From Blastocystis sp. Blastoise (Eukaryota > Protista > Bigyra: Opalinata): a stretch of DNA of 64,000 nucleotides. A program made the position numbers and the translations under genes. Position 1 is the first letter of the stretch. Each line of letters starts with the position of its first letter. Below, piece after piece: positions 40,871 to 53,949 of this stretch. The stretch spans positions 124,001 to 188,000 of the forward strand of contig JBBPEB010000024.1 of NCBI GenBank assembly GCA_039096225.1, given 5' to 3'. Under the pieces are notes generated by a model that saw only the letters and a list, made by a program, of their open reading frames with translations, did no database searches and was not told the DNA's origin.

Positions 40871-43863
40871 AAATCAAGTTTTACTATAATTAGTATATAA
40901 TTATTATTAAATTTATTATCACTAAACATATTTTTTTATAGCCATTCACTCTGTATCTTTATTATTTGTGGTTACTTTAATTTTAGAATATCGACATATT
41001 TTTATTTATTTTTAGTTAATTATGTATTTATTTATATACATACATGATAATGTAATATTTATATATATTTATATTATTTATAGGAGTTGTTTCTTTTCGC
41101 AGACAACAATTTTATTATATATTGTATGTTTTTAATTGATACGTATTTAAAAAAGGTTTAGGTTAATCTTATCTTATTTGAACTGATTATTCTGGTAATT
41201 AATGAATTAAGAATAATTCTTGTATGTATTTAATTTATTATTATTTTTTATAATTACTATAGTTGCATATTTTTTGAAGAATTATGGATTTCAAAAAGTA
41301 ATTACTATTCATAAAATTATTTATTTTTATTAGAATTATTATAGAATACATATTATATATATTAATTTAGCAGCCTAACTGAGCCGTTTCAAAAATTTCA
41401 AATGGCTGTAACTTTGGTGCATTTTATTGTAACGGCAAGATTTTTTGTAATTTACAAGATACTTATGACAAAAATTGATACTCAAAATTTGATTGGTCAA
41501 TTTTGAAAATCCAAGGAGAAAAACGACTTTTAAGAAAAAAGAATATTCGACATAAACAGTTTTGTGGAGCCATTAAAAATTGTGTTTTGGTGCATCCAAT
41601 TATATTTATCTTACTTTTTCATTCATTATACTTAGTTTTGTGATTTATAATTTATATTGATAAAAGAGTCCTTTTTATATTTATTTTATTTATTACTCAT
41701 CTATATTAGTTAAACTCGATTCATAATTTTTTTTTTGCAAAAATAATAAATTTTGACGAAGTTATTAAAATAAAAGTAAAAAACATAAAAATAAAATGAA
41801 AAAATCAACATATTTATTTTTGTGATTCGTCGTTCTCACTCATTAATAACTTTTAAATTAAAATAAATTTATTTTTGTATTAATATGATGTTAAACTAAA
41901 TTCATTTTTTTTATTTTGTCAAAACTCACACTTTTAATAATTGGATGTGTAACTTTTGTTCTTATTTTCTTTTAAAACGGTATTTATGAGTATTATATAA
42001 GTATAATATCTAGATTAGAACAAGAATTTCTTAATATAAATTCAAGGTCACCGTATGTTGTTACAGATTTGTTTTTTATTTTGTTAAATAACATGATACT
42101 TGAATGTAATGACTCTTAATATAGTCATAAAAGTTGTATTTTTAATTTTTAAATCTTTTTAAACCCACTTTACAAATAATTCCTTTTTTTCGTTTATTTA
42201 AAATAAGCGATTCAATATATTAAGTACATTCTATTACACTACTGACACAATAGTATAACATATCAAAACAACAGAAGAAATAAAAAAGGTCGAGTATATC
42301 TCGAAATGTTAAAGTCTATTTAAACAATTTGATTTTGTATTATTTCTGTATATATAGCTATTTAATACTCAAATATAAAATATTGGTCTTAAATAGTGAT
42401 ATTATTTTTTATAATGTGAAAAAACACCAAATAATATCAACTCAATAAACTTTAAAATGTTTCAATTACTATATATAAACATTCATAAACACTATACATC
42501 ACTCATTCACAAAAGTTAAGACAACATGTTAAACTGTTACTGACAATGTTTGCTAAAAAGTTAGTTATGAGTCACTATGAGTATGAAATGTTATAAATAA
42601 GCTTTAAATAAATAAATTTGTTTTTAATTGTCTTTAATTAGTGAAATAAATCGTTTAAAAAAAGAAAACATTTTTGACACTATAGTTTATTTTGACAATT
42701 TTTCCATCAATATTAATTTTTAAAAAATAAATAAAACTTATATATAAACTAGACAACCTATAGTTTATATATTTATAAAAATATTATCAAAATATAAAAT
42801 AACTTTTGAGAAAAAAAATTATATATGCAAAACATAAAAAAATTATTTTTTGAAAAAAGGGTATAGTTTATCGTTTTAATTTCTCAGTTAATATTTAATT
42901 ATTTTATATATTTTTAACAAATAAATATAGAGAATAAACTATATTAACAATATAAATTTTAATATTTGAAATTAATAAAAAAATGAGTTCAGTAGAGTCA
43001 ATAGTGTAACATGTTAAAAAACTGAAAATTGAAAAATCATTTTTCTAAAAATTTTCCAAAAGTTGACAAATCAAATTAATATTTTACAACTATTTTTTAT
43101 ATATTTGAAGACTAGGCCTTATATGTATTGCATATCTCAAAATAATGGTCAAAATTGGGTTAGACGAGTGTATGAGTATATGCACATGTTGACTCATAAT
43201 TTTGTAAAAAGTAGTTAAATGTGTCCTAAATCACATATTAGGACAATTCTATAAATATTATTACTTTATAATGAGTTTAAAGGGTAACATAATTTTGAAT
43301 TGTCTGTTTTACTGTCTTAAGTGAAGAAATTCAATATACTTTTTGTAAAAATGAGTACTAGAGTCGATAATACTTTTATATGTCAAAGAATTATTTGAAA
43401 TAAAGGTGGTTGTGTGTTTGCCAAAATGTTAAAATGAGTCTATTTTTTTAAAATGGTTGTAATAAGTATGCATTGAGTGTTTTTTGAATGTTTTATATAA
43501 AAATCTACAACAAATAAATAATTTAAGTTGTTTAAAAAATTATTTTTTTAGAATTACAATAGTTAAGTCAAGAGATTCAAGTCACTTTTTATAATAATAA
43601 TAAATAGACTTATTATAGAATATAAAATATTAAAAATTAGTTTAATTAAATGTGATTGACTGTTTGATAGGAATGTTAAAATGGGTAAAAAGATTTTAAT
43701 TGTTTCTAAAACAGTATAATACGTTTTTTTGTCACTAAATACAAAATTATTATAGTTTAAAGAATGTTTTTTGTCTTTCAAAAGAACTCATTCTTTGTAA
43801 TTATGACTTTAAATAAAAGAGATTCAAGCTATTCTTTATAAATTAAAATAATAAATTCAATAT

Positions 43864-44056
43864 CAGTGCCTTCCCGACTTTTTGTGACACTTGCGGTGAC
43901 TTTTTTTGACAGTCACATAAAGTCGCTTTAAGTCAGGCTTAATATGACTTAATATAATAATAAATATTTTTACACTGTCAAAAATTAACAAAAGTGTCAC
44001 ATTTTTCTGTGACAATTGCGGCACCGCAAAAAAAAAGGGCCTTTTGGAAGTCACTG
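43864..44056 (-). mobile_element. hAT-type MITE (193 bp)
   Basis: Reverse complement of 16447-16639, near-identical, with its own 8-bp TSD TTCAATAT. Confidence 0.9.
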
Positions 44057-44629
44057 TTCAATATATATGTATATTAGCATAAAATTAGTTAAAATAAAAG
44101 TGGATATGTGTGTTTCAAAATGTTAAAGTCTTTTAGAGTTTTTTTAAAATAACTTATTTGTTTTATAAACGATATTTTATATACAATAATAAAAGTTCTC
44201 AAAGTACTAAATATATTTATTTATGAAATGTAGTGTATTCTTTGATTAATATTTTAGTTTTTAGTTTTTATTTAATGAAATAGTCATTAATGTTATTATT
44301 AAATTTTAATTTATTATGAACTATTAATTTAAAATAATGAAAAGATATTTTTTTATAAAACTATTTTTTTATTCTTATCTAGAATCAAGCGTAGGCTGGC
44401 GTAGCCAGTCGTGAAACGCTTGTGTTTCTTATATACGTATCTTGTGCTTTCAATTATAGATTTTTTATTATAATATCATAAATTTTTATTCATTTCCCTT
44501 TTTATTTTATTTATTTTTTGATTTATGATTCTTTACGGCTACAAATATTTAATTGAATATTCTTTTAGTTTTGTTTATAATAAATAAATTATTGAAACTA
44601 CTATTAGAAGAATGAAAATATATATAGAC

Positions 44630-44810
44630 CAGTGTCTTCCCTGTCACTGGACGAAATTGCCACGTGGCAATTGTCACCAAAATTTGTGACAAAATATTTA
44701 TTTTTGACAGTGTAATTTTATATTTTTATGACTAAGTCAATTTAAGTCTGGCTGAAAGTGACAGTCAGCTATTGTCATGGCAATTGTCACAAAAGTCAGG
44801 GAAGACATTG
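44630..44810 (+). mobile_element. hAT-type MITE, related subfamily (181 bp)
   Basis: TIRs CAGTGTCTTCCCTG / CAGGGAAGACATTG, 8-bp TSD ATATAGAC, and internal TGTCAC/GTGACA motifs shared with the 193-bp family. Confidence 0.88.
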
Positions 44811-45382
44811 ATATAGACTTCTTTAATATTCTTTTATAAATGAAAAAATGAGCCAATAATTAAGTTTACATGAAACCAAATTAACGTAATGATTGGATAT
44901 ATATGCTATTTTGTCCACTGAAATTGTTTTTATATGTTTTAGGGTCGAATAACATTGTTACAAAAAATAAGTTGAAAATATCTGAATCAATCTGAACCGT
45001 TCAAAGCTTATGGATCAAACTCTTTGATTCACGGGAATGCCTAACAGTGTTTTATTTATTAATTACTAATTTATACTATAGTACTAATATTTTTGCTAAT
45101 TATACTAATTTCTATATATATTTTTTTCAATTTTTTTATAATTACTTTTATTTATTATATATATTTGTTATCACACATTGTTTTGTTTAACAATTAAGAA
45201 GAAAAAACTGATTTCCATGTTTTTTATTTTTTTTAACTGTAATAAAATAAATTCCCGAGAATTACATTTTTTAGAAAAAGTGTCACCTTGATACAGGAGT
45301 AGTCTGTTTCAGGTACTTTATTGGCATCTTTAAAATACCTAAATTAGTTCTATTCATTTGTCTAAGTATTTTCATATATATT

Positions 45383-46358
45383 TTAAATAATAAATAGATA
45401 TACATTCAATTTGTAAAACAAAATATGACTTTTTAAACAAAACAAAATACAAAAAGAGTCAGTACTAAAAACATGAGACGTAGTATAGAAATATATTTTA
45501 TCCAATAAGATCATTATATTTTTAAGGGCTGAATTTCGCTTTTCCAGAATATTCTTATGATTCATAAGGAAATTCTTTATATAATTCAATGAAATGATTA
45601 ATGATTGACTTATTTCTTTTGTATGTAATAGTTTCATTGTTGATAAAATCTTTTGAAAAAATCTAATCGCAAGTTCTTATAATAAGAATTATTATAAAAT
45701 TATATATATGATAATAATTACAATTTGAGAGTTTAATTTATTTTAATTTATACGATTATGACTTTCATTATTACATTTAACTAGAAAGCCAAAATATTCA
45801 GAAAAAGAACCTTTCAAGCGACGATTTGATAAACTTTCTTTAATGGTGATAATCAGAGTTTTATCATCAATAATAATTTTTTTTTTCAAATTCATTTATT
45901 ATATATTTAATTAGAGTACATATATATACATATATATACAGATATATATAACTTATTATTAGATTTAAATTGAATATGATTATTAACTATTTGAAACATT
46001 AGTTTAGACTCTCTTCTGATATTCTCAGGAAGACAAAAAAGGAACATATCTTATTAAAGACTAAATTTGTAATAGAATATAATACATTATTATATCTTTA
46101 TTTTTATTGTAGAAATTTTTTGATTACGGAAAGGCAAATTTCTCTCTATTGATATATGTCTTAAAACTTTTCAATCAAAATATATAATGAAGGATTATCA
46201 ATGTTTATTGTGTAATATATATAAAAGACTAATGAAATACTGGTAAGATTATGACCAATAACATCGTTAAAGAAATAGTTTACATAATTTATGACTTCAT
46301 GACGTACATCATCTATTCGTTGGACTTCTTCGTTTGACAAATATTCAGAATCCATCAT
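45383..46358 (-). pseudogene. Unknown partner gene (copy B), divergent from the CACTA-like transposase
   Basis: MMDSEYLSNEEVQRIDDVRHEVINYVNYFF aligns by eye with KEDIIRRIDLFKANIHRGVDYYF (50600-50665, minus). Further decayed exons lie downstream. Confidence 0.4.
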
Positions 46359-46879
46359 AATATAATTGCAAATATAATTTTTTCACGGTTTTTATTAAAA
46401 TAAAGCCACTCATTTTTAGATAAATTTTATAATAATAAATACAGAAAGAGTTAATACATATTATATTTAAAATAGAGTTCAACATATTACATTTCTAATA
46501 GATTTAATTTTGCAATTTAACTCAAAATGAATAATAGTTTACCTTATAATATTTCTAACAAAAAATCTTCAATTGATCGTATACATATTACATTTCAATA
46601 TTAGTTTTATAATAAATAGCTCATTTAATACTTCTCAATAAACACAATAATCAAAATACTAATAATGATATTCAAAATAGTATAAATATCAATGATAATG
46701 ACTTTTCAACAAATGAAAATATAATTAGAAATATAGTTCAAACATTTATGAAGAGCAATGTATACATATATACTCATAATTAATATGAGATTACTTATAA
46801 AACATCATTACTCTCATTATAAAATACAATTAGTATCTCTTATTTACTTTTTAAATAAACATATTTATAGTCTAGTTAC

Positions 46880-49370
46880 CAAATAAAGAAGCTAAATCTT
46901 TACTGCAATTGATAGAAGACGATATATTCTATTGTTGATCAATACTAGGTATAAGTGGTAGAAAATTGTACACATATATAATCTTATTAATAAGATAATG
47001 AAAAGGCTTAATGCTAATATTGAATTGTATAAAATTCCTAAGAATGGACAGAATCTAATACGAAGGTATGTTACAAAGTAAAATAATAAAATTAAGAGTA
47101 TTAACATCTATTCATGTAGCAAATGTTTCAATATTGGAACATACAATACAAAGAAGACTTACCATTATATTCTGACATTCAATGTCTTAATCCAAACTGT
47201 AATAGAAGTATATGTATGTAAAATATATATTTATCAATATATCAGCATATTCTTGTTATTAATCATTAAGCTATCATTACACATATATCAACTACATATA
47301 ATTTCCTTAGGTACCAAACAAATCATAATTCCACTCATACCAAGAATAATGAGTCTTTTTTCTTCATCTAAACTAGTATCAGAAATAGAGTATCATCGTA
47401 AAGAAGAAATTTTAGATTTTCTGAATATGATATATTCTTTGGATGGTAATATAAATAATACTAGTAATATACCTGTTTATATGCTTGGCAATAATTACAA
47501 ATCATATATTCAACAAGTATTAAATAAAGGAGATATCTTTTTGTCAATTAACATTACAACAGATGGAATTTTCATCTTTAATCAATAGTTACAAGTCAAA
47601 ATTGTTCTACTAATCCAGTCTTAATTGAACTTCTAAATTATAAAATGAAAAGAATAATTGATACCAGGAAATAATATATGTACTCATATGTCGAAGAGAA
47701 TAGGATACATATTTGTTTAGATATTATTTCTAAAGAACTAAGACTATTAAGTTAAGGTATTATTATGGATGTTTTTATTAATGGATCCTAACAGAAGAAA
47801 AAAAGGTTGTCGAATTATTAATAAACTTCTTTGGGGATACGGCAGCTCTAGCACACGTTGGTAAGTTTCTAGGTCCTGCATCAACATATACCTGCAGATT
47901 CTTGGATTTGGTTGTGACAAACACAAAAGAAAATTTCATAAAGGTATGAATTGATCATTTAATCAGATTTCAAATAGTATTAAAGATACTACATTAAATT
48001 CAAAGTTATATATATACCATGTTAAAAATCACAAATAAATGGATCAGTCCTGATGTATCAATGATAAATAATAAGACAATGGTTAGATATGACAATATTT
48101 CATCGAAAAATGAACATAACAATGATGTATTCCAAAATAATGTTTATAAAGAATATACTAAAGAGATAATAGATAATATAAGAGAAGGAAATCCAGATAG
48201 TATATTTGTAAAAGGTATTAAGATTACTAAATCTTCATTTGACCAATTATTATATTTCGATTCATCAAAATCTTTTTCTTTAGATATAATGCACTTATTC
48301 GGTAACATTTGCAATACATTATTACCATTACTCTTTGAATTTTCTAAAGATGATACAGAAAAAGTTCAATCACATGATAAAGAAAACTCAAAATCTAAAT
48401 TGTACAAAGTACAGAATCTAAATCTAAAAGGAAGAAAGAATTAAAACCTCAAAAGAAGAAAGAATTAAAAACCTCAAAAGAAGAAAGGATCAAAATCAAA
48501 AAAGAAAAATATATCTAAAAAGAAAGAGGAATCAAAAGAGAACAATAAAACAACATCTAATCCAATACATCATGATGAACATTCTGAAGAAATTGATTAT
48601 TCATTATTTACACTTGATGCTGAAAATTTAAATATAGTAGCAACAAGACTTTCACACTTTAATAGCCTTTATGGGAACTCTGAATACCAAAACAGGTATA
48701 TAATGGATGAAAAAAAATTAGTAAATTGAGTACATACATAAAAGTATTTTTCATTTCAAAAGTACTTCCATTACTCATATTTGACTTCTCAATGAAAAAT
48801 AGTTATATTATTCCACTTATAGAGATTCTTGCATCAATAATTCATGATGTTTATGTTTATTCAGCTTCTGATATAGAAGAATTGGAAATATTGAAGGCTA
48901 AGTGCTACTCATTCACCTTTTTATGTGAATTACTATTACCAAACAAATTGATGACTTAACAAACCCATTGTTTACAGCATATTTCAAGATGTATTCAAGA
49001 TGCAGGTAGTTTATCAGTTACAGCTACATGGAGTTCAGAGGCATATTACTCAAGAATAAAACAAGTTCTCACAGTAGAAACGAATTTAATATATCATGTT
49101 GTTTATCTACAATCACAAACGAAACAATCATTCTTTGCAAAAATTTATCTAGTAATATAAATAATATTCAAAAATCAATAAGTAACTGTAATTCAGAAAA
49201 CAATAATCTAATACTTCTTTCTTCAGTTATTAATATTAGTGTTCCTGAAATGAAATCAAGAAACAAAACTAGTATAAATCCTTCTATTCAATCAGTATAG
49301 GGAGTTGATATAGTTCCATCAATAGAACTAGAAGATGATACTCTAAAATGTCTTTTTACTACATTTTTTT
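46880..49370 (+). pseudogene. CACTA/EnSpm (CMC)-like DDE transposase pseudogene
   Basis: A Zn-finger exon is followed by LSINITTDGIFIF, GDTAALAHVGKFLGPASTYTCRF, SLDIMHLFGN and THCLQHISRCIQDAGSL. This is the motif order of CACTA Transposase_21/TnpD-type proteins. Many stops and frameshifts. Cut at the 3' end by the foldback element. Confidence 0.75.
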
Positions 49371-49383
49371 CAAGGTAAAAATG

Positions 49384-50075
49384 AGGGTTAAATCTCGATA
49401 GTCAAGTTTTCAGACATTCATATTATGGGTTGACATTTTTGTCTTAATTATTTACGTGTTGACATTTATGATTAAATTATTTACAAGTTGAAAATTATGA
49501 TTTTATTATTTACAAGTTGACAACTATGATTTTATTATTTACAAGTTGACAATTATGATTTAATTATTTGCGTGTTAATAGTTATGATTTATTTTTTAAG
49601 TGTTCTTTAAAGAAAAATCATGTCTTTTCTGGTTTTCTTTGTTTAAATTATTATGAAAAGTATAAGAAAAAACAACAATAAATTAATCATGATGGTCAAC
49701 TTGAAAATAATTAAATTCAGTTCCTTCCCAACAATTTGTGATACTTTCGGCGACTATTTGTTATAATCCCTTTAAGTCTGATTTAATATGACTAAATATA
49801 TAAATAAATAATTTGTTATCGTCAAAATTTATCAAAAGTGTCACCGTTTTTTGTAACAATTGCTTCATCATAAAAAAAACCTGTTAGAAATCACTGATTA
49901 TGTCATAATTGTCAACTCGTAAATAATTAAATCATAATTGTCAACTCGTAAAAAAATAAGACACAAATGTCACTCGTAAATAATTAAGGCAAAAATGTCA
50001 ACTCGTAAAAAATTAAGGCACAAATATCAATTCGTAAATGAATGTCTGAAAACTTGACTATTGGTATTTAACCCT
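49384..50075. mobile_element. Non-autonomous foldback/MULE-like element with long TIRs built from ~30-nt tandem units
   Basis: Both ends read AGGGTTAAAT....ATAGTCAAGTTTTCAGACATTCA in inverted orientation, followed by repeats of GTTGACAATTATGATTTAATTATTTAC-like units. No TSD is visible. Confidence 0.75.
49718..49896 (-). mobile_element. Older hAT-type MITE nested in the foldback element
   Basis: CAGTTCCTTCCC...GAAATCACTG, colinear with 43864-44056 but diverged. TSD only partly retained (ATTA). Confidence 0.75.
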
Positions 50076-50103
50076 TTTTTTATAATTATCATTTAGAATT
50101 TCA

Positions 50104-50678
50104 TTAGAGGAACATACATATAAAGCCATAAAAAGACATAAGAGTACGTTCATTTTTTCTATTAACAATAGTTACCTTTACTGATTTCATAATTTTAATA
50201 TTTTTAATAGAAGAATCATCTAGAAACATTTTATTGTATTCAATAAGAATCAAGTAAATACACCTATATAAAGAATTCTTAGGATTAAACATAACACTTT
50301 GTGAATTCATTTTAAACAATGAGCGACCTTTTGATCTGATTTCAACAGGTACACAAAAATGCACATATTTTAAGATTCTCTATATATATGAATTTTAAAA
50401 AGCAATAAAAATATACTTTTATCTCTTCTATATCATTTTTTGTGGGTAAAACTGGAATATTAAGACTAATATATTCTTTTCTTAAGAATATTTCCATTTC
50501 ATCTGCTAATAGTAATCTATCTTTTACTAATATTATAGCATTACTAAATAACATAATAGATCATAAAATTAGCAGAATTTGATAATAAACAACCAAAGTA
50601 ATAATCAACTCCTCTATGAATGTTTGCCTTGAATAAATCAATTCTTCGAATGATATCTTCTTTTTCACAATTATTCAT
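50104..50678 (-). pseudogene. Unknown partner gene (copy C), divergent from the CACTA-like 5' exons
   Basis: KEDIIRRIDLFKANIHRGVDYYF...|...LLLADEMEIFLRKEYISLNIPV resembles LHYLDSNLETFLRHKALEHGLPI of copy A, with a similar intron placement. Confidence 0.45.
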
Positions 50679-50886
50679 TTATAGAAAAGTATGAAAAGAA
50701 TTGAAATCAAATTTATGAAGAGAATATTCTAGAAACATTTTTTTAGCCACTAATTATCATTTTAGTAGATTATGATTACCTAATGATTTGTAAATAAGTC
50801 ATTAATCGTGAATATATTTTTAAAAGATTATTAAAAATAGATATATTCGTTATTGCTTAGCATAGAATAAATTTTATATTATAATA

Positions 50887-51621
50887 ATGAGTGAACATTT
50901 CTACTTTTTTGATGAAGATAACTTATGAAACACTTTAGAATGTATTTTTATCTATTTAGACATATCTAATTAACATATTTTATTATTCAATAAACATAAT
51001 TATCATTTATTTCTATTTAACTACTTTTTCATTGCTTTAATAGATTTATTGAAGGATAATAATACGACAGAAACAGTAGACAATATTTGTAGTATTGAAG
51101 TAGATTCAGATGAGCAAGAGCAAGACAATATATCTAAAAATTAAACTTTCAGAAACCAATCTATAATTGACGATATAATTGATACAATTAATAGAAATGA
51201 CGTAAATATATATATATATGTATATTTCTAACTCATCTCATTTTTTTACTAATTAATATGTAATATGAATATATACTAATAGCCTCAAAGTATACGTTTC
51301 ACATTTAATAACCAGGGAATTGAAAAATACATATATCAATAATGGTCGATGCTTAACATTAGTAAGCAAAAAAATACTATTTTCTTTGAATTTGCTTACA
51401 GGATAATTGAAAAGGTGAATCTATCATATACATTATTAAAAGTTACAAGTAAAGGACAAGACGGTCTCAGAAAATTTATTAATAATATGAATCATCAAAT
51501 TGCTTGTGGAAGTATTTATCTTAGTAACAATTGCCATAGTATTCTTTCATTCAATTTGACAGACAGATAACCAACAACAGATGGAATAGCATGAAACGAT
51601 AGTAATGTATATCAGGAGAAA
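50887..51621 (+). pseudogene. 5' exons of a third CACTA/CMC-like transposase, truncated
   Basis: NQSIIDDIIDTINRND|gt matches HESIINDIMNKIINHE|gt (39740 region). WSMLNISKQK...LKVTSKGQDGLRKF matches WKKLNVGQES...LKIPKRGEDLIRKL. Ends at the equivalent intron donor, 51622. Confidence 0.55.
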
Positions 51622-51662
51622 GTATACAAATATGAATATATACATATATATATATATATATG

Positions 51663-53916
51663 CTAGGGTCACGTCACAGGTCCAGTGCCTAACGGCACTA
51701 GACCACGGCTGCATAAAGATATATATAAAGAGTTTTTTATTATCTTATATATTATATATTATATATTATTTTTAATTTATTATTTATTTTTAATTATTTA
51801 CTATTTATTATTTATTATTTATTATTTATTATTTATTATTAATTATTTATTATTAATGTCTATCATATATTATATATTATTAATTATTTATTATATATTA
51901 TAAATTTCTTATACTCTATATGGAGAGTTACAATCAGTAAGTGATTGTAATCAGGTTCAATTCCTGATATAAGATTATTTTAGACTTTTTAAATAAGAAA
52001 TGAAAAAAGAAAAAAAGTTATTTATTAATAAAAAATAACATCTTGAGTTATATTCATCACAAAAAATTATTTTTAAATATATATTTTGTATTTATAAATA
52101 ATTAAACAACTGTTTTAAACATTTTGTGAGTTTTTAAAGTCAATAACTTCAGAAATGAGTCACAATGTGAAGTACTCTTGAGTATTTTTAATTTATAAAA
52201 TTCATTTAAATAACATAATATAAAGATTTAAACTCATTTTAATACTTTTTAAAAGAATTTTGAAGTTTTAAGTATAACAAAGTCAACATTCATTGTCACT
52301 TTGACAACTAAAACATTTCTTAAAAAGCTAATATTTTTATATTAATCTCAACTAATGATTTTAAACACAAATAACTCAAAAATGTAACTTTTAAAGAGAC
52401 TTTACCCATTCAAGATCCACTGTATCAAAATAATTTCCGTCAGTCTTTTGATATAGTATAGAGTTTATTATACCATTTATTAAATAAAAGTAAATGTTTT
52501 GAATCTCTTTCTTAAAGACCCTTTTTGACACATTATGAAAAGTTTACACACTTAAACTCATTTTTAAATGCTAATATTTACACACTTTACTTAATAAGGC
52601 CATAGCTACACATTAGTCATCACTTTAAGACATTTCATAAACCTTTTGCATTTGCTCATTTACTTCGACCAAAATAATTTCGTCCCTTCTTTTAACATAA
52701 TATAGATCATACACTCTAGTTTAATGAATAAACACTCTTATTTTGAATCTCGTCCTCTAAGTCACTCATTTTTACATTTTTTTAAATTTAAGACCCTTAG
52801 AGTTGACCTTTTGACTCAATTTTTCTACAGTGCACGAAATTCACGATTTTAAACAAACTGAAGTAAAAATAAATTTTAAATAATAGTCACAACCCTTCAC
52901 ACATCCACTCTCTAAAAATTATTTTAACTGTACTTTTGATATGTTGTAGAGCTACTACAGCTGTACACTAATTAATATCTCTAAATTTTTTATTCACAGT
53001 TTAAGGCTATGTTTTATACATTCTTTTGAATTTGACAACCTTAAACTATTTATTTAAGTTTCTTATTCATAAAATAGACTTAATATATGATTCTAAACAC
53101 ATATATAAACCATTTTACTATTTAAGACACATTTTGTCATTTGGTCATACACTTTGACTTTCATAATTTTGACTCTTCTTTTAATATAGTATGGAGTTAT
53201 AACTATAGTTTATTAAATAAAAGTCATTATATTGAATCTCTCACTCTAAGACCACTTAATTCACATTTTTCAAAATTGTCACTTTTAAACTCGTTATTTA
53301 AAAACTTTGTTTCTACTATAGTAGTTTTATGACCTATTGATTACAATACTACAATATTAGTCAATTATAAGAAGATCAAAGAAAATATCGATCACTCAAA
53401 AATAGTCCTCAGAAGCTGAAAATTGGTACACCTAGGTTTTCTGACCTCCTGAATCAGAATATCATGTCAAATTGACAATCTAAATTTGACCGTTAAGGCC
53501 TCACGTGTTCAATATGAAAAAGTATTAAAAAATAGATAAATATAAAGAATAAACATGGATAACGTATATTGTGGGATTGATAAAAAATCAAGTTTACCCC
53601 ATGTTTATTTTTCAATTGTCTGGTCAACAATTTTTATCTTTATGATCCCAAAGAGCCAATCAAAAACGACTCAAAAATCATGTTTTCTGTTTTTTTATTA
53701 ATAATTTTTTAATTATTAATAATATCGCTTAACCAAATATACGGTGCAAAACTACACGTTATATCGTATTGAACTGTGTTTCAACCAAAAGTTAACTCCC
53801 CGTAAGTTTAGAGGAGTTGTGTACACAAACTTGAGTATACATTAGCCAATCAAATGCATTTTCCAAAAACTGACCAATGGGAATTTTTTTGCCTATTCTC
53901 ATATATATAGTAATGA
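51663..53916 (-). mobile_element. Non-autonomous Helitron, copy 2
   Basis: Minus strand starts A|TCATTACTATATATATGAGAATAGGC and ends with the hairpin plus GTGACCCTAG. Inverted near-identical copy of 36960-39150. Confidence 0.9.
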
Positions 53917-53949
53917 TATTATGTATATTACTATATAATATATACATAC

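Noticed and set aside
41371-43863. Non-coding, repeat-like DNA starting CAGCCTAACTGAGCCG
   Set aside because: It looks like transposon interior, but no termini, TSD or second copy are visible in the window.
36960-53916. A single giant TIR element (Polinton/Maverick-like) with 2.2-kb inverted repeats
   Set aside because: The repeats have Helitron termini, a third independent copy exists, there is no TSD, and the interior has no polB, integrase or capsid genes.
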